Below, piece after piece: positions 37,269 through 58,599 of a stretch of DNA of 64,000 nucleotides. The translations under genes were made by a program, and so were the position numbers. The DNA comes from Eledone cirrhosa (lineage: Eukaryota). The DNA is taken from assembly GCA_964016885.1 (NCBI GenBank), contig OZ024740.1, positions 110,174,001 to 110,238,000 on the forward strand. Direction: 5' to 3'. Numbering within the stretch: position 1 is the first letter of the stretch; the number at the start of each line of letters is the position of its first letter. Below the pieces are notes generated by a model. That model was given only the letters and a program-made list of their open reading frames with translations, ran no database searches and had not been told where the DNA came from.

Positions 37269-39790
37269 ATGCTAACCAAACACCATTTACCTTTGTCACT
37301 CAAGAACATTCCCATCCCATCTAAGAATACCTACGAGAGGTTGCTCATAGCTAGCGTGAACTCATTTGTTAACAGATTAAGGTGGCGTGATTTCCACTAT
37401 GATAGGAACCGGGATAACCCTCAGCAAGCAACCCGGGTGGTTAGGTATGAATTCAAGACTTATAAGAGTCCACCGCACAATAGTAGTCTGGAGGGCTTTG
37501 AAAACGACCTTCTAAACCTTGTGAGGAATATTAGATATAGGACTAAATGCCATAACAAGAACCCTTTCCGTAGAGATCTTAGCTCTATTATTAAGGGCTT
37601 CGAGGAAAATGCTAGCATTCTCGTCCCCTCAGATAAAACAAAAAATTATATAACTTGGAATATAGGACTTACAGAAACTTCATATACAAGGAACTCCACA
37701 GAAATTATAAGAAAACTTCCTATGAGAACCTAGACGAGATAAATAAGAAAGGGCTTGAAATCGTTAAGATGCTGAATCTGGAAAGGTACACCCAGCCTTT
37801 CACCCCTAAGCAACCCAGATTCATACTGAAGGATCACAAAGAGGACTTCATTAGTAACCCCTCAATTAGGCTCATTAGCTCCTCTAAGTCTGACCTAGGG
37901 ATAATAAGCAAGAAAAGTTTAGACGCCGTGATCCCTGTTATAAGAAGTAAAGTTTACCTTGACCTATGGGGGAATACGGAGGAGGTCATTAAATGGTTCT
38001 CAAGCATTAGTAACCATAAGTCCCTGAAGTTCATCTAATTTGATATCAACTCCTACTACACTTCCATCTCTCCCATCCTTCTAAATAAGGCCCATATATT
38101 AGCTATGCAAAATAGCGACCTGACTAGATCCCAAATTGACATTATCCTTGCCGCCCGGAGAACTATCATCCTCTTCGAGGAGCAACTTTGGACCTGGAAG
38201 AACACGCCGAATAACTTCAATATCACAATGGGGTCCAGCGATTCGGCACAGGTCACTGACTTGGTTGGACTCTACCTCCTCCATGAACTACATAAAACAT
38301 TCCCGCATTTCAGAGGCGGGATGTACCATGACGACGCCCTGTTCACTATTGAATATAAAAAAACATAATATAGAAAGAACGAGAAAAGACCTACATAAAT
38401 TCTTCAAAAGCTTTAACCTTAGTATAACGATAGACATAAATAATAAAACGGTTAACTTTCTAGACGTAACCTTGGACCTGGAAAATAAATACTTCTCACC
38501 TTATCACAAGCCAGACGAAACACTAACATACGTAGACGCCAATTCCAACCACTCTAAACCCGTCCTAAATGCCATAATTAAAGGGGTATCTAATAGGATT
38601 AGCAGACTATCACATAATGAGGATGCATTTAGGTCTAATGTAAAGTACTATAATAAGGCACTAGCAAAGTCCGGTTTTAGAGAAAAAATATACTATATAC
38701 CTAACAACCCCCAAACCACCAGAGCCGGACAGTATAATGTAATCACGCACAATATGGCTTTGCCTAATAGAAGCGGACACAAAAATAGGAACAACACGGG
38801 TACAGTAAGCGGCTCTGACCAACCCCAATTGACCCCATTTAACACGCCTCATCGGTATAGCAATAATACTAACAGTAGGATAAATGCTAGAAACTTGAGA
38901 TACAATAGGAAAGATAGGGAAGCCAGTGAACCCCTCCGGGTAAGGTTACCACCCCAGGTTCTTTCTACCACAGAAGGTGGAGTGTCTACGCGTGGGGCCA
39001 ACCCTTCCCCCAGTACGAAAAATAGAAAAAATAGACGAAGATCTAATTCCTACTTTAATCCACCTTACAACTCGGAGGTATCAACCAATATACCAAAGGC
39101 ATTCTTTTCGATCTTGGACCCCCCTCCCGGTAGTAAATACCATAGCATCATTAATAAAAACACAATTAAGCTATCATTCTCCAACACTCCAAATCTAGCT
39201 CGTCACCTAGCCACAACGAACAACAAAAAAATTAGAAAGGGTTTCGATACCATTGCTTCTGAGGGACACCCGCAGCCACTAGATGGAACGGATGCGGAGT
39301 TACCCAGCAGTAATATCCACACATCTGATGTACGGTTGCCAAATCTGGAACGTACGGAAAACCAAACATCTCCTGTACCGCAGAGTGACATACACAGCAA
39401 ATGTAACTGCAGACGAAAGGCGGAGTGCCCCCTGAAGGGGCTATGCCTTATAAACAATGTTGTAGATGTTTGTGAAGTTACAACTCGGACCTCTTCCAAA
39501 ACATATATAGGGTCTACATCGACCTCCTTTAAGACTAGATACAACTCCCATCGCTATACGTTTAGACATGATAGACTTAAGAATACCACATTCCTAGCTA
39601 GTTACATATCCCTCCTGAAGAATACACGCTTGATTGGAGAATCATCACTAAATCATCGCAGTATAGACCCCCTAGCAGGACCTGTGACCTTTGTCTCTCT
39701 GAATCACACGCCATAATATACTCCAAACTGAACCTGCTAAATAGGAAATCGGAAATATTCTCTTCTTGCCCACACATAAATCTTAGCTCC
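37269..39790 (+). pseudogene. PLE RT and GIY-YIG ORF with multiple frameshifts
   Basis: ORFs 37251-37733, 37655-38038, 38105-38368 and 38136-39716 are collinear fragments. Confidence 0.85.
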
Positions 39791-42046
39791 TATTACTTTA
39801 GACCAATTAGCTAACGCTGTAGGACTTGCATACCTCCCTCCTGTCAGGCCTACGTAAAACCACGCCACTCTGGATCCTGGTTCCTCTGTAACCATAACTG
39901 CCCTTCAAGTGTATATAGACTACTCTCCTATATTTTTTCTCTTTTCCCCTCTCTCTTACTTTTTTCTTCCTCTCTTCCCTAGTTCATCTTATTACCACAA
40001 GCCAATAACCCATAGGGTACAACCTACTTAAGGCTTTTCACTATACCTAGCACAGTTTGACCCTATACAGGCACCTACCCACACTAACCATAATGATATG
40101 GTTTATAAACACACCCATTGTGCGCTAACTGATAGCACAGCCTAATAGTCTGTTGGAAGCCCAACAAACTCCGCCGCAGCTATAAATCGGGTGGCTTGGG
40201 TATCCGGGGTCCAGATAGCCTTGACCCTAGGATGTGAGATAGATCTAACATAGTATAGTGAACTATGGGAACAAATCGTGTGGGCTGGGTGCCGCAGAAT
40301 CGATCAAGCCTCGGCGGGAAGGGGTAGTTGGTCGCTGAGGAGTTCGAATCGAACAAATGACTTGCCCCAAGCGTCCCGTGGATATCTAATGAATCCGCCC
40401 TTTATGACGCGAATTGCCTCCCATACTTTTCATAAGCACACTACGACTTCCTGAGTTTATATTCTGACAACCGTTGTGTGTTACTAGCGAGAGGCTAACC
40501 GTTGAAATTTTGAAATTGTTGAATATGAATTGTGCTGCAAATATGATGATTTATAGAACCACACTCAAGGCAATGTGCGACAGTAGATATTGACTTCCGG
40601 CCGACCCAGGAGGGGTCACACTCGACTGTGAATGGATTACAACCTCCGGATTCAGTAATCTATACGAAAACCACGTGGCGGACATGTAAATAACATAGAT
40701 GTCATTGACAGTTTTAGCCGTGAGTTTTCTATATATTTGTAGCAGGAGTTGTCTCCCTTGTTGTGACACTCACATCACCAATAGATTAACGCTCTCTAGA
40801 TAGGAAGTAGAACCCTTTCTGTAACTTCCGTTCCAACCCTATAAAGGGAATAACTTTAAGCTCCCTATCTCCCATTTGCCTTTTCGGCTCCTGGCCTTCG
40901 GCCAGGCGTCTTCGGCCAGGCGCGTTCGCCTGGCAACCAAACGGTAACTAATAACTTTGCTTCATTCTCTCATCTATTCATTGACATGTCAACTATACTG
41001 TTCTATATATCCACAAATTGTTAATTAAATATTATACACACAAACCACGTCTCTTGTTATACTTATACAACCCAGTATTTTGTTATATATTCTACAGAAG
41101 TTTTCATTCACTCTAATAAATCCGAAACATATCTGCTTTTCCTTCACTCTGCCATAGGTAATTCCGGAAGCGGAGTTTTCTATATACACTTTCTGTCTAT
41201 GTGACGGGATAGCCACCACGATTGATATTTACTGTGGTATAATTGTGTACAGTATAACATTTTGGTTCGATGCCGACTCGGCCATACAGTGAATTTCACT
41301 TGGGACGTTGGGTTGAGTGACCGAACGTGAGGACTTTGGGGGATGGCAGTTATTGCGGACTTGTCGTATTTTCAATTTCCTCACTGGTGTGCCGGTTGTA
41401 CATATACCCTACCTTTCCTCAACTCATCGTACTTTATTTTATTTTAGATTTTCGGTGTTTATCGCAGACCGCCTATCCGGATAAATCCCTGGGTATATGT
41501 TTTGCATACATAGTGTTATTTCGCCTAACGCTCGGAACTGGAACCAATGGATGTTGTTCGTAGGGTGCAGATATGATACGGAGAATCGACCTGTTACAAG
41601 GCGATATAACTGGAGTGCACCATCCTTCCTATAGAAATCATACATGTAAAGCTGCACCACCGCTAACCAACTATTCTTCTCACAGACTCATGCTTGCAAG
41701 CTTTCATACTCTGCCTGTACATCCTGTATTTTCACTGCTTGTGCTTTGATGCATCTATGCTTTGCTTTGTTTTTTTTTTCTATTGTTTTTTATTGTTTTG
41801 TTTTTTAAATTGTCTTTGATCATGCTGAGTAACACCTTCACTCATTCCTTGCTACCCTCTCTCAACCTCCTTATCATCTATTGCACCATTTATGTGATAC
41901 ATTTTTATGTAATTTTTTATGACATTTTATGACATTATGTGCCTTTTTCTATATAGCGCTGGCCTCGGGACCCCCTGCTGGTCCTTTAACCTTGTTCTGG
42001 ACGCAGCTTGATGGAGCATGCAACTATTGATATACTCTTGTTTATA

Positions 42047-42093
42047 GGCTCTGATGATTCCTGCCATAGGGTATGGATGAAACACTGTTAGCT
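42047..42093 (+). ncRNA. Minimal type I hammerhead ribozyme followed by AATAAA
   Basis: ggct-CTGATGA-ttcctgccatagggtatggat-GAAA-cactg-TT-agct, with aataaa at 42094-42099. Confidence 0.75.
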
Positions 42094-42537
42094 AATAAAA
42101 CAGTGTATTTCTAAGCACTCTTTGGTTATTCCTAAAATTATAACGGCTCTGTAGTATACTAGTTATCCTACATTGAGCTAAAACCACACTGTCATACCAA
42201 GGGCAATATATCTGCGTGTCTGGGCACATTGATATACTCGTCAACGAAACTATATATATATATATATATAAACAATTTGATTCATTAGTTCTTCAACTAC
42301 ATCCAAATATGGACATGATACTAATTCCGAGTAAAATTATTATTGAATAAAATTATTATTGCTTTTGAAAACAGCTGGTGATATGCATGTAAGTAAATAT
42401 TCTCTCTATCTGATAGTTTGTAAACTTACATAGATCAATAGTTGAGTATAGATACAATGTATTATCACCATCTAGAAACGATCGTAAAGCAGTGAAGTAT
42501 ATCTCTAATGACTTGATTTTTTATTTCATAGTTTCAA

Positions 42538-42588
<51 letters not shown>

Positions 42589-43096
42589 CGAAGGAAATGT
42601 GGTAAGGAACCAGATGGATAATAACGCACCAAAGTACTCAATACTTAGGGTAGTAGAGTGGGTAATAGCCGTCGGGGTCCTACTCGTTCCTATACATATA
42701 TATATGTTATATGTATATATATATATATATGACGGACGTGTACAGCTTCTTCTCACGAAATTTGACTTACAAGACACTTGTCAACTCTAGGCTATATTAG
42801 CAGGTAGTTACGTGGGATTTCGATGAACCTAGGGTCTTCACAAAGTGTCTAATACAAGGTGGGAAAGTAGATATGTGGGAGTCTCCTGATTCATCTTAAC
42901 TCGTGGGTCTCCATACATGTGTGGATGGGAAACATGAAATGTTTTCATATTTTATATATCGTGTGTTACTTATTGTCGTGTTTTATAATAATTATATGTT
43001 TATTTCATGTTTTATCAAATCTTATCTGATGGTTGTCATAGCATGGCGATGATGGTGTTGATGATAAAGAGGCTTGCAGAAAAAGCATAAGAAGAG

Positions 43097-44463
<1,367 letters not shown>

Positions 44464-44468
44464 CTTAT

Positions 44469-44504
<36 letters not shown>

Positions 44505-44599
44505 TAATAGTAATATTTATATTTATATATGTTTGATATAACTATAAATAGGTAGAGTAGTACTAAGTACTAGCCGGTTACTGGTATGACAAAAGGCTA

Positions 44600-45560
44600 A
44601 ACTAAAAACATATATAGCCTAGATTACGATACATATAGAGAATTTATAAAGAACTTTATAGGAACTACAAAAAAACATCTCATAAAAACCTGGATGACAA
44701 ATATTGAAGCCCGTAGTTTAATATGTAAATTAGGACTAGAGAGATATACTCAACGTACACCCCTAATTCCCCACGATTCTCTCTGAAAGACCATAAGGAT
44801 GACTTCAATACTAACCCCTCAATTAGACTTATTTTCCCATCCAGATCCGACATTGGTATTATTAGTAAAATCTTTTTAGATAAAGTAATCCCCCAAATTA
44901 AACAAAAAATTCATTTTAACCTCTGGGGAAACACTAGTGAAGTAATTGAATGGTTTAATGGTATTAATGAAAATAATAATAAGAAATTCGTCCAATTTGA
45001 TATAAACTCCTACTACACTTCTATTTCACCTATCCTCCTAAATAAAGCATTAATAATGGCCACGAACAATAGTGAACTCACTAGATCCCAGGTAGATATA
45101 ATCCTTGCGGCCAGGAAAACAATAATTAAATTTGAAGACCAACTATGGACCCGCAAGAATATACCCAACAACTTCGATATCACCATGGGATCTAGTGACT
45201 CGGCACAGGTAACCCACTTAGTTGGTCTATTTCTCTTAAACGAAATACAAGAACCTACCTTACCTCAACGATGGCCTCTACCGATACGACGCGCTTTTCC
45301 TCTTAGACTATAAAAAGTTCAATATTGAAAGAACTAGAAAACAATTACATAAAATATTTAAAAACTATAACTTAGTTATCACTTTAGATAAAAACACCAA
45401 AGATGTTAACTTCCTGGACGTCACTCTCTACTTAGACTCTAAAAAATACACACCTTATCATAAACTTAATGAAAAACTTTTCTATGTTAATACCAACTCT
45501 AACCACCCTAAATCTGTACTGACCTCAATCATTAAAGGGGTAATAGAATCTCTAGCTTTC
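44600..45560 (+). pseudogene. Internal RT fragment of a PLE related to 37650-38600
   Basis: LKDHKDDF, QFDINSYYTSISP, ITMGSSDSAQV and VNFLDVTL can be read across broken frames. Confidence 0.8.
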
Positions 45561-45620
45561 CTTACAACGAGAATACATTTAATCGTAACTCCTAATACTA
45601 TAATCGTAACTCCCAATACT

Positions 45621-45756
<136 letters not shown>

Positions 45757-46329
45757 GAACTGAAATTTGTACAAATTTGTAGAAAAAAAAACAAATTTCT
45801 ACAAATTTCATACTTGATGTCCCAATATATATAACATATATAGATTTGTATATATAACGAAAAATTAAATCGATTATTATCCTCATCTCACTCTCTTTGT
45901 ATATATGTATTACCCCACTCTGTTTATATATACCTCGGCCTATCCATCTGGTCCCTCTCTCTCCTTCCCTCCCCTCCCCTCTCTCTCTCTCTCTCTCTCT
46001 CTCTCCCCCCCCCACCTATATGGTGTCCAGTGATCATTAGCAGCCATGTAATTATACACTCTATCGGTTTATGGTTAGCAGACATAAGGCCGGGCTTTTA
46101 TGCCTGCAAGGGAATCCACTTGCATTATAAGTTTTTCCACCTGGAAGAATTTCTGCGAAGGGCAATTTCGGAACGCAACATACCGCCCCGCTCTCACATC
46201 CTCGCCATCACACCACCATATCTAGAGATCAACTCTGCCATAACACTGCCACACTACCATCACCGCCATGTAGGGACCGCTACCATAACTACCAAAACCA
46301 TCATATCATCCCACCACCAACACCATCAT

Positions 46330-47780
46330 CATGTCCACCAACACACCACCAACAGCAACGCCACCGACACTCCAACGTCACCATCAACACCACCATCACC
46401 TCCACCAATACATCACCAACACACCACCAACAGCAACACCACCGACACTCCAACGTCACCATCAACACCACCATCACCTCCACCAATACATCACCAACAC
46501 ACCACCAACACCAACACCACCGACACTCCATCGTCACCATCAACACCACCATCTCCTCCACCAATACATCACCAACACACCACCAACACTCTATCGTCAC
46601 CAACACCACCATCATCTCCAACAACACACCACCATCATCACCAACACACCACCAACACCACCAACACTCCACATCACCACCATCATCACCAATAAACCAC
46701 CAACCCCACCATCACCAACACACCACGTCACCACCATCATCACCAATAAACCACCAACCCCACCATCACCAACACACCACGTCACCACCATCATCATCAA
46801 TAAACCACCAACCCCACCATCACCAACACACAACGTCACCACCATCATCACCAATAAACTACCAACCCCACCATCACCAATACACCACGTCACCACCATC
46901 ATCACCAATAAACCACCAACCCCACCATCACCAACACACCACGTCACCACCATCATCACCAATAAACCACCAACACCACCATCACCAATACACCACGTCA
47001 TCACCATCATCACCAATAAACCACCAACACCACCATCACCAACACTCCACATCACCACCACCATCACCAATACACCACGTCACCACCATCATCACCAATA
47101 AACCACCAACCCCACCATCACCAACACACCAGTCACCACCATCATCAACAATAAACCACCAACCCCACCATCACCAACACACAACGTCACCACCATCATC
47201 ACCAATAAACCACCAACCCCACCATCACCAATACACCACGTCATCACCATCATCACCAATAAACCACCAACACCACCATCACCAACACTCCACGTCACCA
47301 CCACCATCACCAATACACCACGTCACCACCATCATCACCAATAAACCACCAACCCCACCATCACCAATACACCACGTCACCACCATCATCACCAATAAAC
47401 CACCAACCCCACCATCACCAACACAGCACGTCACCACCATCATCACCAATAAACCACCAACACCACCATCACCAATACACCACGTCACCACCATCATCAC
47501 CAATAAACCACCAACACCACCATCACCAACACTCCACGTCACCACCATCATCACCAATAAACCACCAACACCACCATCACCAATACACCACGTCACCACC
47601 ATCATCACCAATAAACCACCAACCCCACCATCACCAATACACCACCAACCCCACCATCACCAATACACCACGTCACTACCATCATCACCAATAAATTACC
47701 AACCCCACCACCACCAACACTCCACGTCACCACCATCATCACCAATAAACCACCAACCCCACCATCACCAACACACCAGT
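46330..47780. repeat. CAC-rich minisatellite (mostly a 54-bp unit)
   Basis: Repeats of 'caccaataaaccaccaaccccaccatcaccaacacaccacgtcaccaccatcat'. Confidence 0.9.
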
Positions 47781-48071
47781 CACCACAATCAACAGCATCA
47801 CACCATTATTACCATAGTTCAGAGACCATCACCACAACCACCAACACTATTATACTACTGTGACCACCACTACCACTACCACTACTACCACCTTCACCAC
47901 CACAACCATCACCATCATCACCACCCTCTCTCATTACAACCATCGATAGCATCAAGAGTTAGCATCATTATTACCACCATTAACACTACCACCACAACCA
48001 CCACCATCGCCACCACAATCATGACCACCTCTACTAATACTACCACCAATACCGCCACCACCACCACCACC

Positions 48072-48157
<86 letters not shown>

Positions 48158-49183
48158 ACAGTGTCACCCCTCAACAAAAACTTAATATTCACAGATCAAT
48201 ATTATTTCACTGTGGAACATGACCTCTGTCACCACCACCGCTAACACCACCACCACCACCACCACCACAACCACCAGAACCACCACTTCTACTGCTACCA
48301 CCACCACCACCACCACCACCACCACCACCACCACCACCACCAACACCACCACCACCATCATCATTCCCCATCAATAACTAAAATAACTCCAAAACAAGGT
48401 ATCTTATAAACCTTTTCTTGTGGAAGAATATTTGGACGTCTCCAGTTTCATCACGTCTTCTCTCTCTCCCTCTCTCTCTCCCACTTTCTCCCCTCTCTTT
48501 CTGTCTCATCTCTCTCCTTCTCTCTCCTCTCTCTCTCTCCGCCTCTCTTTCTCTCACTATGCCCCATCTCTCTCCTTCATTCTCTGCTCTCGCTCTCCCA
48601 CTCTCTTCCCCCCGCCGCCTCTCTCTATTTCTTTCTTTATCTCTTTCTTTCTCGCTCTCACTCCTCTCTTTCCCTCCTCACACTTTCTGTCTGTCTGTTT
48701 GTCTCTCTCTCTCTCCACCACACCCACTCTCTCTCTCTCTCTCTCTATCATCCGATTACCGTTACTACTATGATCATCACCACCACCACCGACACCACCG
48801 TCACCACCAGAGACAACACCAACACCACTGCCACCATTATAATAACAGACACAAACTCTAATTATACCAATGCGACCAATGCCACTGTAATACAATGACA
48901 ATTGCAAACTGAGTCCCCCCCCCCTCCCCCACCACCAACACAGGCACATACTCCCTCCCTCGCAAATTATGATGACACCGACATATGTCCATTCCATTTC
49001 CATATCAAGAGACGTATTTAAGTCACTTTTGGTATTTACAAAACATTTCGATTTTGCTTGGTTGGGCGGAACCCAATGTCACCACCGTGATGTTAAAAGA
49101 CGGCATAAGTCAAATTAAGTCGAAATAAAAACTGTCTAAATAAGTGACCTTATTTGACTCTAAGGGCAAACTATATGACAACA

Positions 49184-49246
<63 letters not shown>

Positions 49247-49452
49247 ATGTATATTGTATGCTATATGTTATGCGTTATGTGTTGCATTCGATGTCCACGC
49301 GATGGTCCAGGTCAGTCAAAATCTTTTCCTGAGTTCAGTTTTTTTCGTTGCTATGGCAATGCGGTCAGACTGTCGGTCGCTATATTTGATTTGCAAAGCT
49401 GTCTAAACGTATTGTTATAACTGTGGGGTAATATTCTCCATCGAGTGGTAAG

Positions 49453-49528
<76 letters not shown>

Positions 49529-49645
49529 TATATATTGGCCCTTAACGTATGTTGTAGCTCTGATTCACATGAATCATCGAGCGCTTGCCACACATATCGG
49601 ATGTTGATTTTCGTTAATTCCTGTGCTGAAATACGATTCTCGCTA

Positions 49646-49679
<34 letters not shown>

Positions 49680-49781
49680 TATTGTGAGTATGAAGGCAAC
49701 AGTATTTCATAATATTTAAGTGACTATAACGTCAAAATGGAAAATAATTAACGTAAGATGTGGGAAAAATAATTCAAACTC

Positions 49782-49878
<97 letters not shown>

Positions 49879-49879
49879 G

Positions 49880-52382
<2,503 letters not shown>

Positions 52383-52510
52383 CTTTTTTGTTTTAATTGA
52401 GTTTGAATTATTTTTCTCACATCTTACGTTAATTATTTTCCATTTTGACGTTATAGTCACTTATATATTATGAAATACTGTTGGCTTCATTCTCACAATA
52501 ATTTCTATAC

Positions 52511-53809
<1,299 letters not shown>

Positions 53810-53858
53810 GAAAATACAAGAAAGCCGGATGTCAATATCTTCCTTTAATCTTGTACAA

Positions 53859-53937
53859 TTACACAATACGTATTTCTGAGACCGGCTTATGTCATCAGAC
53901 TATGACACAAGACAATCAGCAACGTCATCAGATGTAA
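53859..53937 (-). ncRNA. Candidate type I hammerhead ribozyme with extended stem II
   Basis: ttacat-CTGATGA-...cttgtgtcat(agtctg)atgacataag...-GAAA-tacgta-TT-gtgtaa. The base of stem II is weak. Confidence 0.55.
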
Positions 53938-54004
53938 TAACTATAAAAGATTTAGTCTAGTAATCCCCACAGCAAAATACAAAGGCTGTGTGTGTATACA
54001 CATA

Positions 54005-55018
<1,014 letters not shown>

Positions 55019-55081
55019 TATATATATATTGGAAGAAACAGGGAGCTGTCTGCTTACTTGATAAAGTGTATTTAAAAATAA

Positions 55082-55217
55082 AAGGAAAGCACAAGCGGGG
55101 GACCTTCCCTTCTTCAGTTGTCTGCTGGAAATCACGGACATTTCAACGCATTAAAGACGAAACGTCCGTGATCTCCAGCTGACCACTGAAGAAGGGATTG
55201 TCCCCCGCTTGTGCTTT

Positions 55218-55221
<4 letters not shown>
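55082..55221. repeat. 140-bp imperfect palindrome between (TA)n tracts
   Basis: aaggaaagcacaagcgggggac...gtcccccgcttgtgctttcctt, with arms of about 63 bp. Confidence 0.85.
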
Positions 55222-55277
<56 letters not shown>

Positions 55278-55280
55278 ATG

Positions 55281-55570
55281 TATGGTCCCGTAACTCCCGG
55301 TAGAGTAGTAGGGGCACCGTATTTACATACGGCGTTTCTTGGACATCTTAAGCCTGGTGGAGCCCATCCTTCGCCAGGCCTGAGTACAGCAGATTTCTTC
55401 CAGAGAAAAGAATCCACCCCAGTATTAGACTGGTATATATTTTTTTATCGACATCGAAAGGATGAAAGGGAAAGTTGACCTTGGTGGGATTTGAACTTAG
55501 AGCGCAGAGTGTCGGAACAAATACCATAAAGCATTCTATCAGACGTTCTAACGACTCTGTCAATTCACCT
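55281..55570 (-). mobile_element. tRNA-derived SINE
   Basis: Reverse complement of the SINE at 61518-62120 (B-box, ctttcatcctttcgatgtcgataaa and shared tail). Confidence 0.75.
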
Positions 55571-55858
55571 TCAACTATATCAATAGTTAAACTAATATAT
55601 CATCTTTGTACTGTAGTTAAACTAATAGTTTAAACAATAGTTAAACTAATATATCATCTTTGTATTGTACTGCATTGATTGTATTGTACTGTACTGCATC
55701 TTTGTATTGTACTGCATTGATGTTTTTGCTTAATTTTCTTCACACACACACACACACACACACATACACACACACACACACTCACACACACACAGGCACA
55801 CACACACATACACACACACACACACTCACACACACAGGCACACATACACATACACAGG

Positions 55859-55889
<31 letters not shown>

Positions 55890-56629
55890 ACTCACAAACA
55901 CACACATTAACAAACACACAAACAGACACACACACACTCAGAGACTCACACTCACAGACACAGACACACACACACACACACATACACACATTTGTAAATA
56001 AACATTGGAGCGCCGAGAGATTTAAAGTGCTTAGAAAATGTAGAAATCTCGAAGGCAGGAACACCATTTCCGCTACCACCACCATCACTATCACCATCAT
56101 CATAATCATATACAACACCACAATCACCAACTCTACCACCGCCACCACTTTCACTATCATCATAACCTATGACCACCATCACCACTGCCACCCCTACTAC
56201 TTCCACTACCACCGTCACTACCACCATCACTACCAGCACTATCAGAACCACCATCTCACCATTAACCCCCGCCATCCTCATACTCCTCTAATACCACCAG
56301 CACCACCACCACATAATCCATTAAAACCACTATTATCACCAACACTACCACCACCACCACCCTGTGCATTATTGCCTCCACTTCCACCTTTATTACCACC
56401 ACCAACACCACTATCACCCAGTTCACGACTACCCTCGGCTCTACTTTTATTACTACTACTCCTACCACCACCCCGACAACCACCACCACCCCTCCCCTAC
56501 CACTTCCAGCTTTACTTTTATTACACCGCCACCACCATATCCTATAAATCGGTGGGTACTGACACGTGGTAAACTCTTGGTCTTCCCAGCGGCGATTTTC
56601 GCTCCAATATTATTTCAGTAAGGATGCAA

Positions 56630-56934
56630 CAACACCAATAACAACATCAACCACGACAATACCACCACCACCACCACCAACAACAACACCAATAACAACA
56701 TCAACCACGACAATACCACCACCACCACCACCAACAACAACACCAATAACAACATCAACCACGACAATAGCACCACCACCACCACCAACAACAACACCAA
56801 TAACAACATCAACCACGACAATACCACCACCACCACCACCACCACCACCACCACCAACACCACCACCACCACCACCACCACCACCAACAACAATAACAAT
56901 AACAACATCAACCACCACCACCACCACCACCACC

Positions 56935-56965
<31 letters not shown>

Positions 56966-57156
56966 TCAACCACGACAATAGCACCACCACCAACACCACC
57001 ACCACCACCAACACCAACAACACCAATAACAACATCAACCACGACAATAGCACCACCACCACCACCAACAACAACACGAATAACAACATCAACCACGACA
57101 ATAGCAGCAGCAGCACCACCACCACCACCACCACCAACACCACCACCACCACCACC

Positions 57157-57187
<31 letters not shown>

Positions 57188-57339
57188 TCAACCACGACAA
57201 TAGCACCACCACCAACACCACCACCACCACCAACACCAACAACACCAATAACAACATCAACCACGACAATAGCACCACCACCACCACCACCACCACCAAC
57301 AACAATAACAATAACAACATCAACCACGACAATAGCACC

Positions 57340-57370
<31 letters not shown>

Positions 57371-57459
57371 TCAACCACGACAATAGCACCACCACCACCA
57401 CCACCACCACCAACAACAATAACAATAACAACATCAACCACGACAATAGCACCACCACC

Positions 57460-57490
<31 letters not shown>

Positions 57491-57516
57491 TCAACCACGA
57501 CAATAGCACCACCACC

Positions 57517-57547
<31 letters not shown>

Positions 57548-57573
57548 TCAACCACGACAATAGCACCACCACC

Positions 57574-57604
<31 letters not shown>

Positions 57605-57693
57605 TCAACCACGACAATAGCACCACCACCACCACCACCACCACCAACACCAACAACACCAATAACAACATCAACCACGACAATACCACCACC

Positions 57694-57725
<32 letters not shown>

Positions 57726-57875
57726 CATCAACCACGACAATAGCACCACCACCACCACCACCACCAACACCAACAACACCAATAACAACATCAACCACGA
57801 CAATACCACCACGACAATACCACCACCACCACCAATAACAATAACAACATCAACCACGACAATAGCACCACCACC

Positions 57876-57907
<32 letters not shown>

Positions 57908-57929
57908 CATCAACCACGACAATAGCACC

Positions 57930-57960
<31 letters not shown>

Positions 57961-57980
57961 TCAACCACGACAATAGCACC

Positions 57981-58011
<31 letters not shown>

Positions 58012-58037
58012 TCAACCACGACAATAGCACCACCACC

Positions 58038-58068
<31 letters not shown>

Positions 58069-58094
58069 TCAACCACGACAATAGCACCACCACC

Positions 58095-58125
<31 letters not shown>

Positions 58126-58400
58126 TCAACCACGACAATAGCACCACCACCACCACCACCACCACCAACACCAACAACACCAATAACAACATCAACCACG
58201 ACAATACCACCACCACCACCACCACCAACAATAACAATAACAACATCAACCACGACAATAGCAGCAGCAGCAGCACCACTACCAATAACAACGATATAGG
58301 ACAATACGACAATAACACGACCATCAATAACAACAATAACAACATCAACCACGAATATAGCATCCCCGCCACCACCACCACCACCACAACGATAGCAACA
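56630..58400. repeat. Compound minisatellite (aacatcaaccacgacaatagca + (cca)n/(aac)n)
   Basis: A constant core recurs dozens of times with variable trinucleotide spacers. Confidence 0.9.
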
Positions 58401-58599
58401 AGTAAGAACCATGACAATAATGGTCACTACAGTCAATCAGGTGGGGGGGGGGAGTTAGGTGGGGGATATTTATTGTGTCGTAACAGTAACATGTAATATA
58501 AGTGTTAAGTGTGCTGGTGGTGGTGGTGGTGCTGGTAGTGGTAGCGGTGATGGTTGTGTTGGTAGTGATGGTGGTGGTAGTGGTGGTGGGTAGTGGTGG

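Noticed and set aside
46030-47780. Pro/Thr/His-rich ORFs
   Set aside because: They derive from the CAC-rich 54-bp minisatellite, and the frame shifts between units.
56630-58400. Constant repeat with variable spacers, superficially CRISPR-like
   Set aside because: The spacers are only (cca)n/(aac)n slippage tracts, the context is eukaryotic and there are no cas genes.
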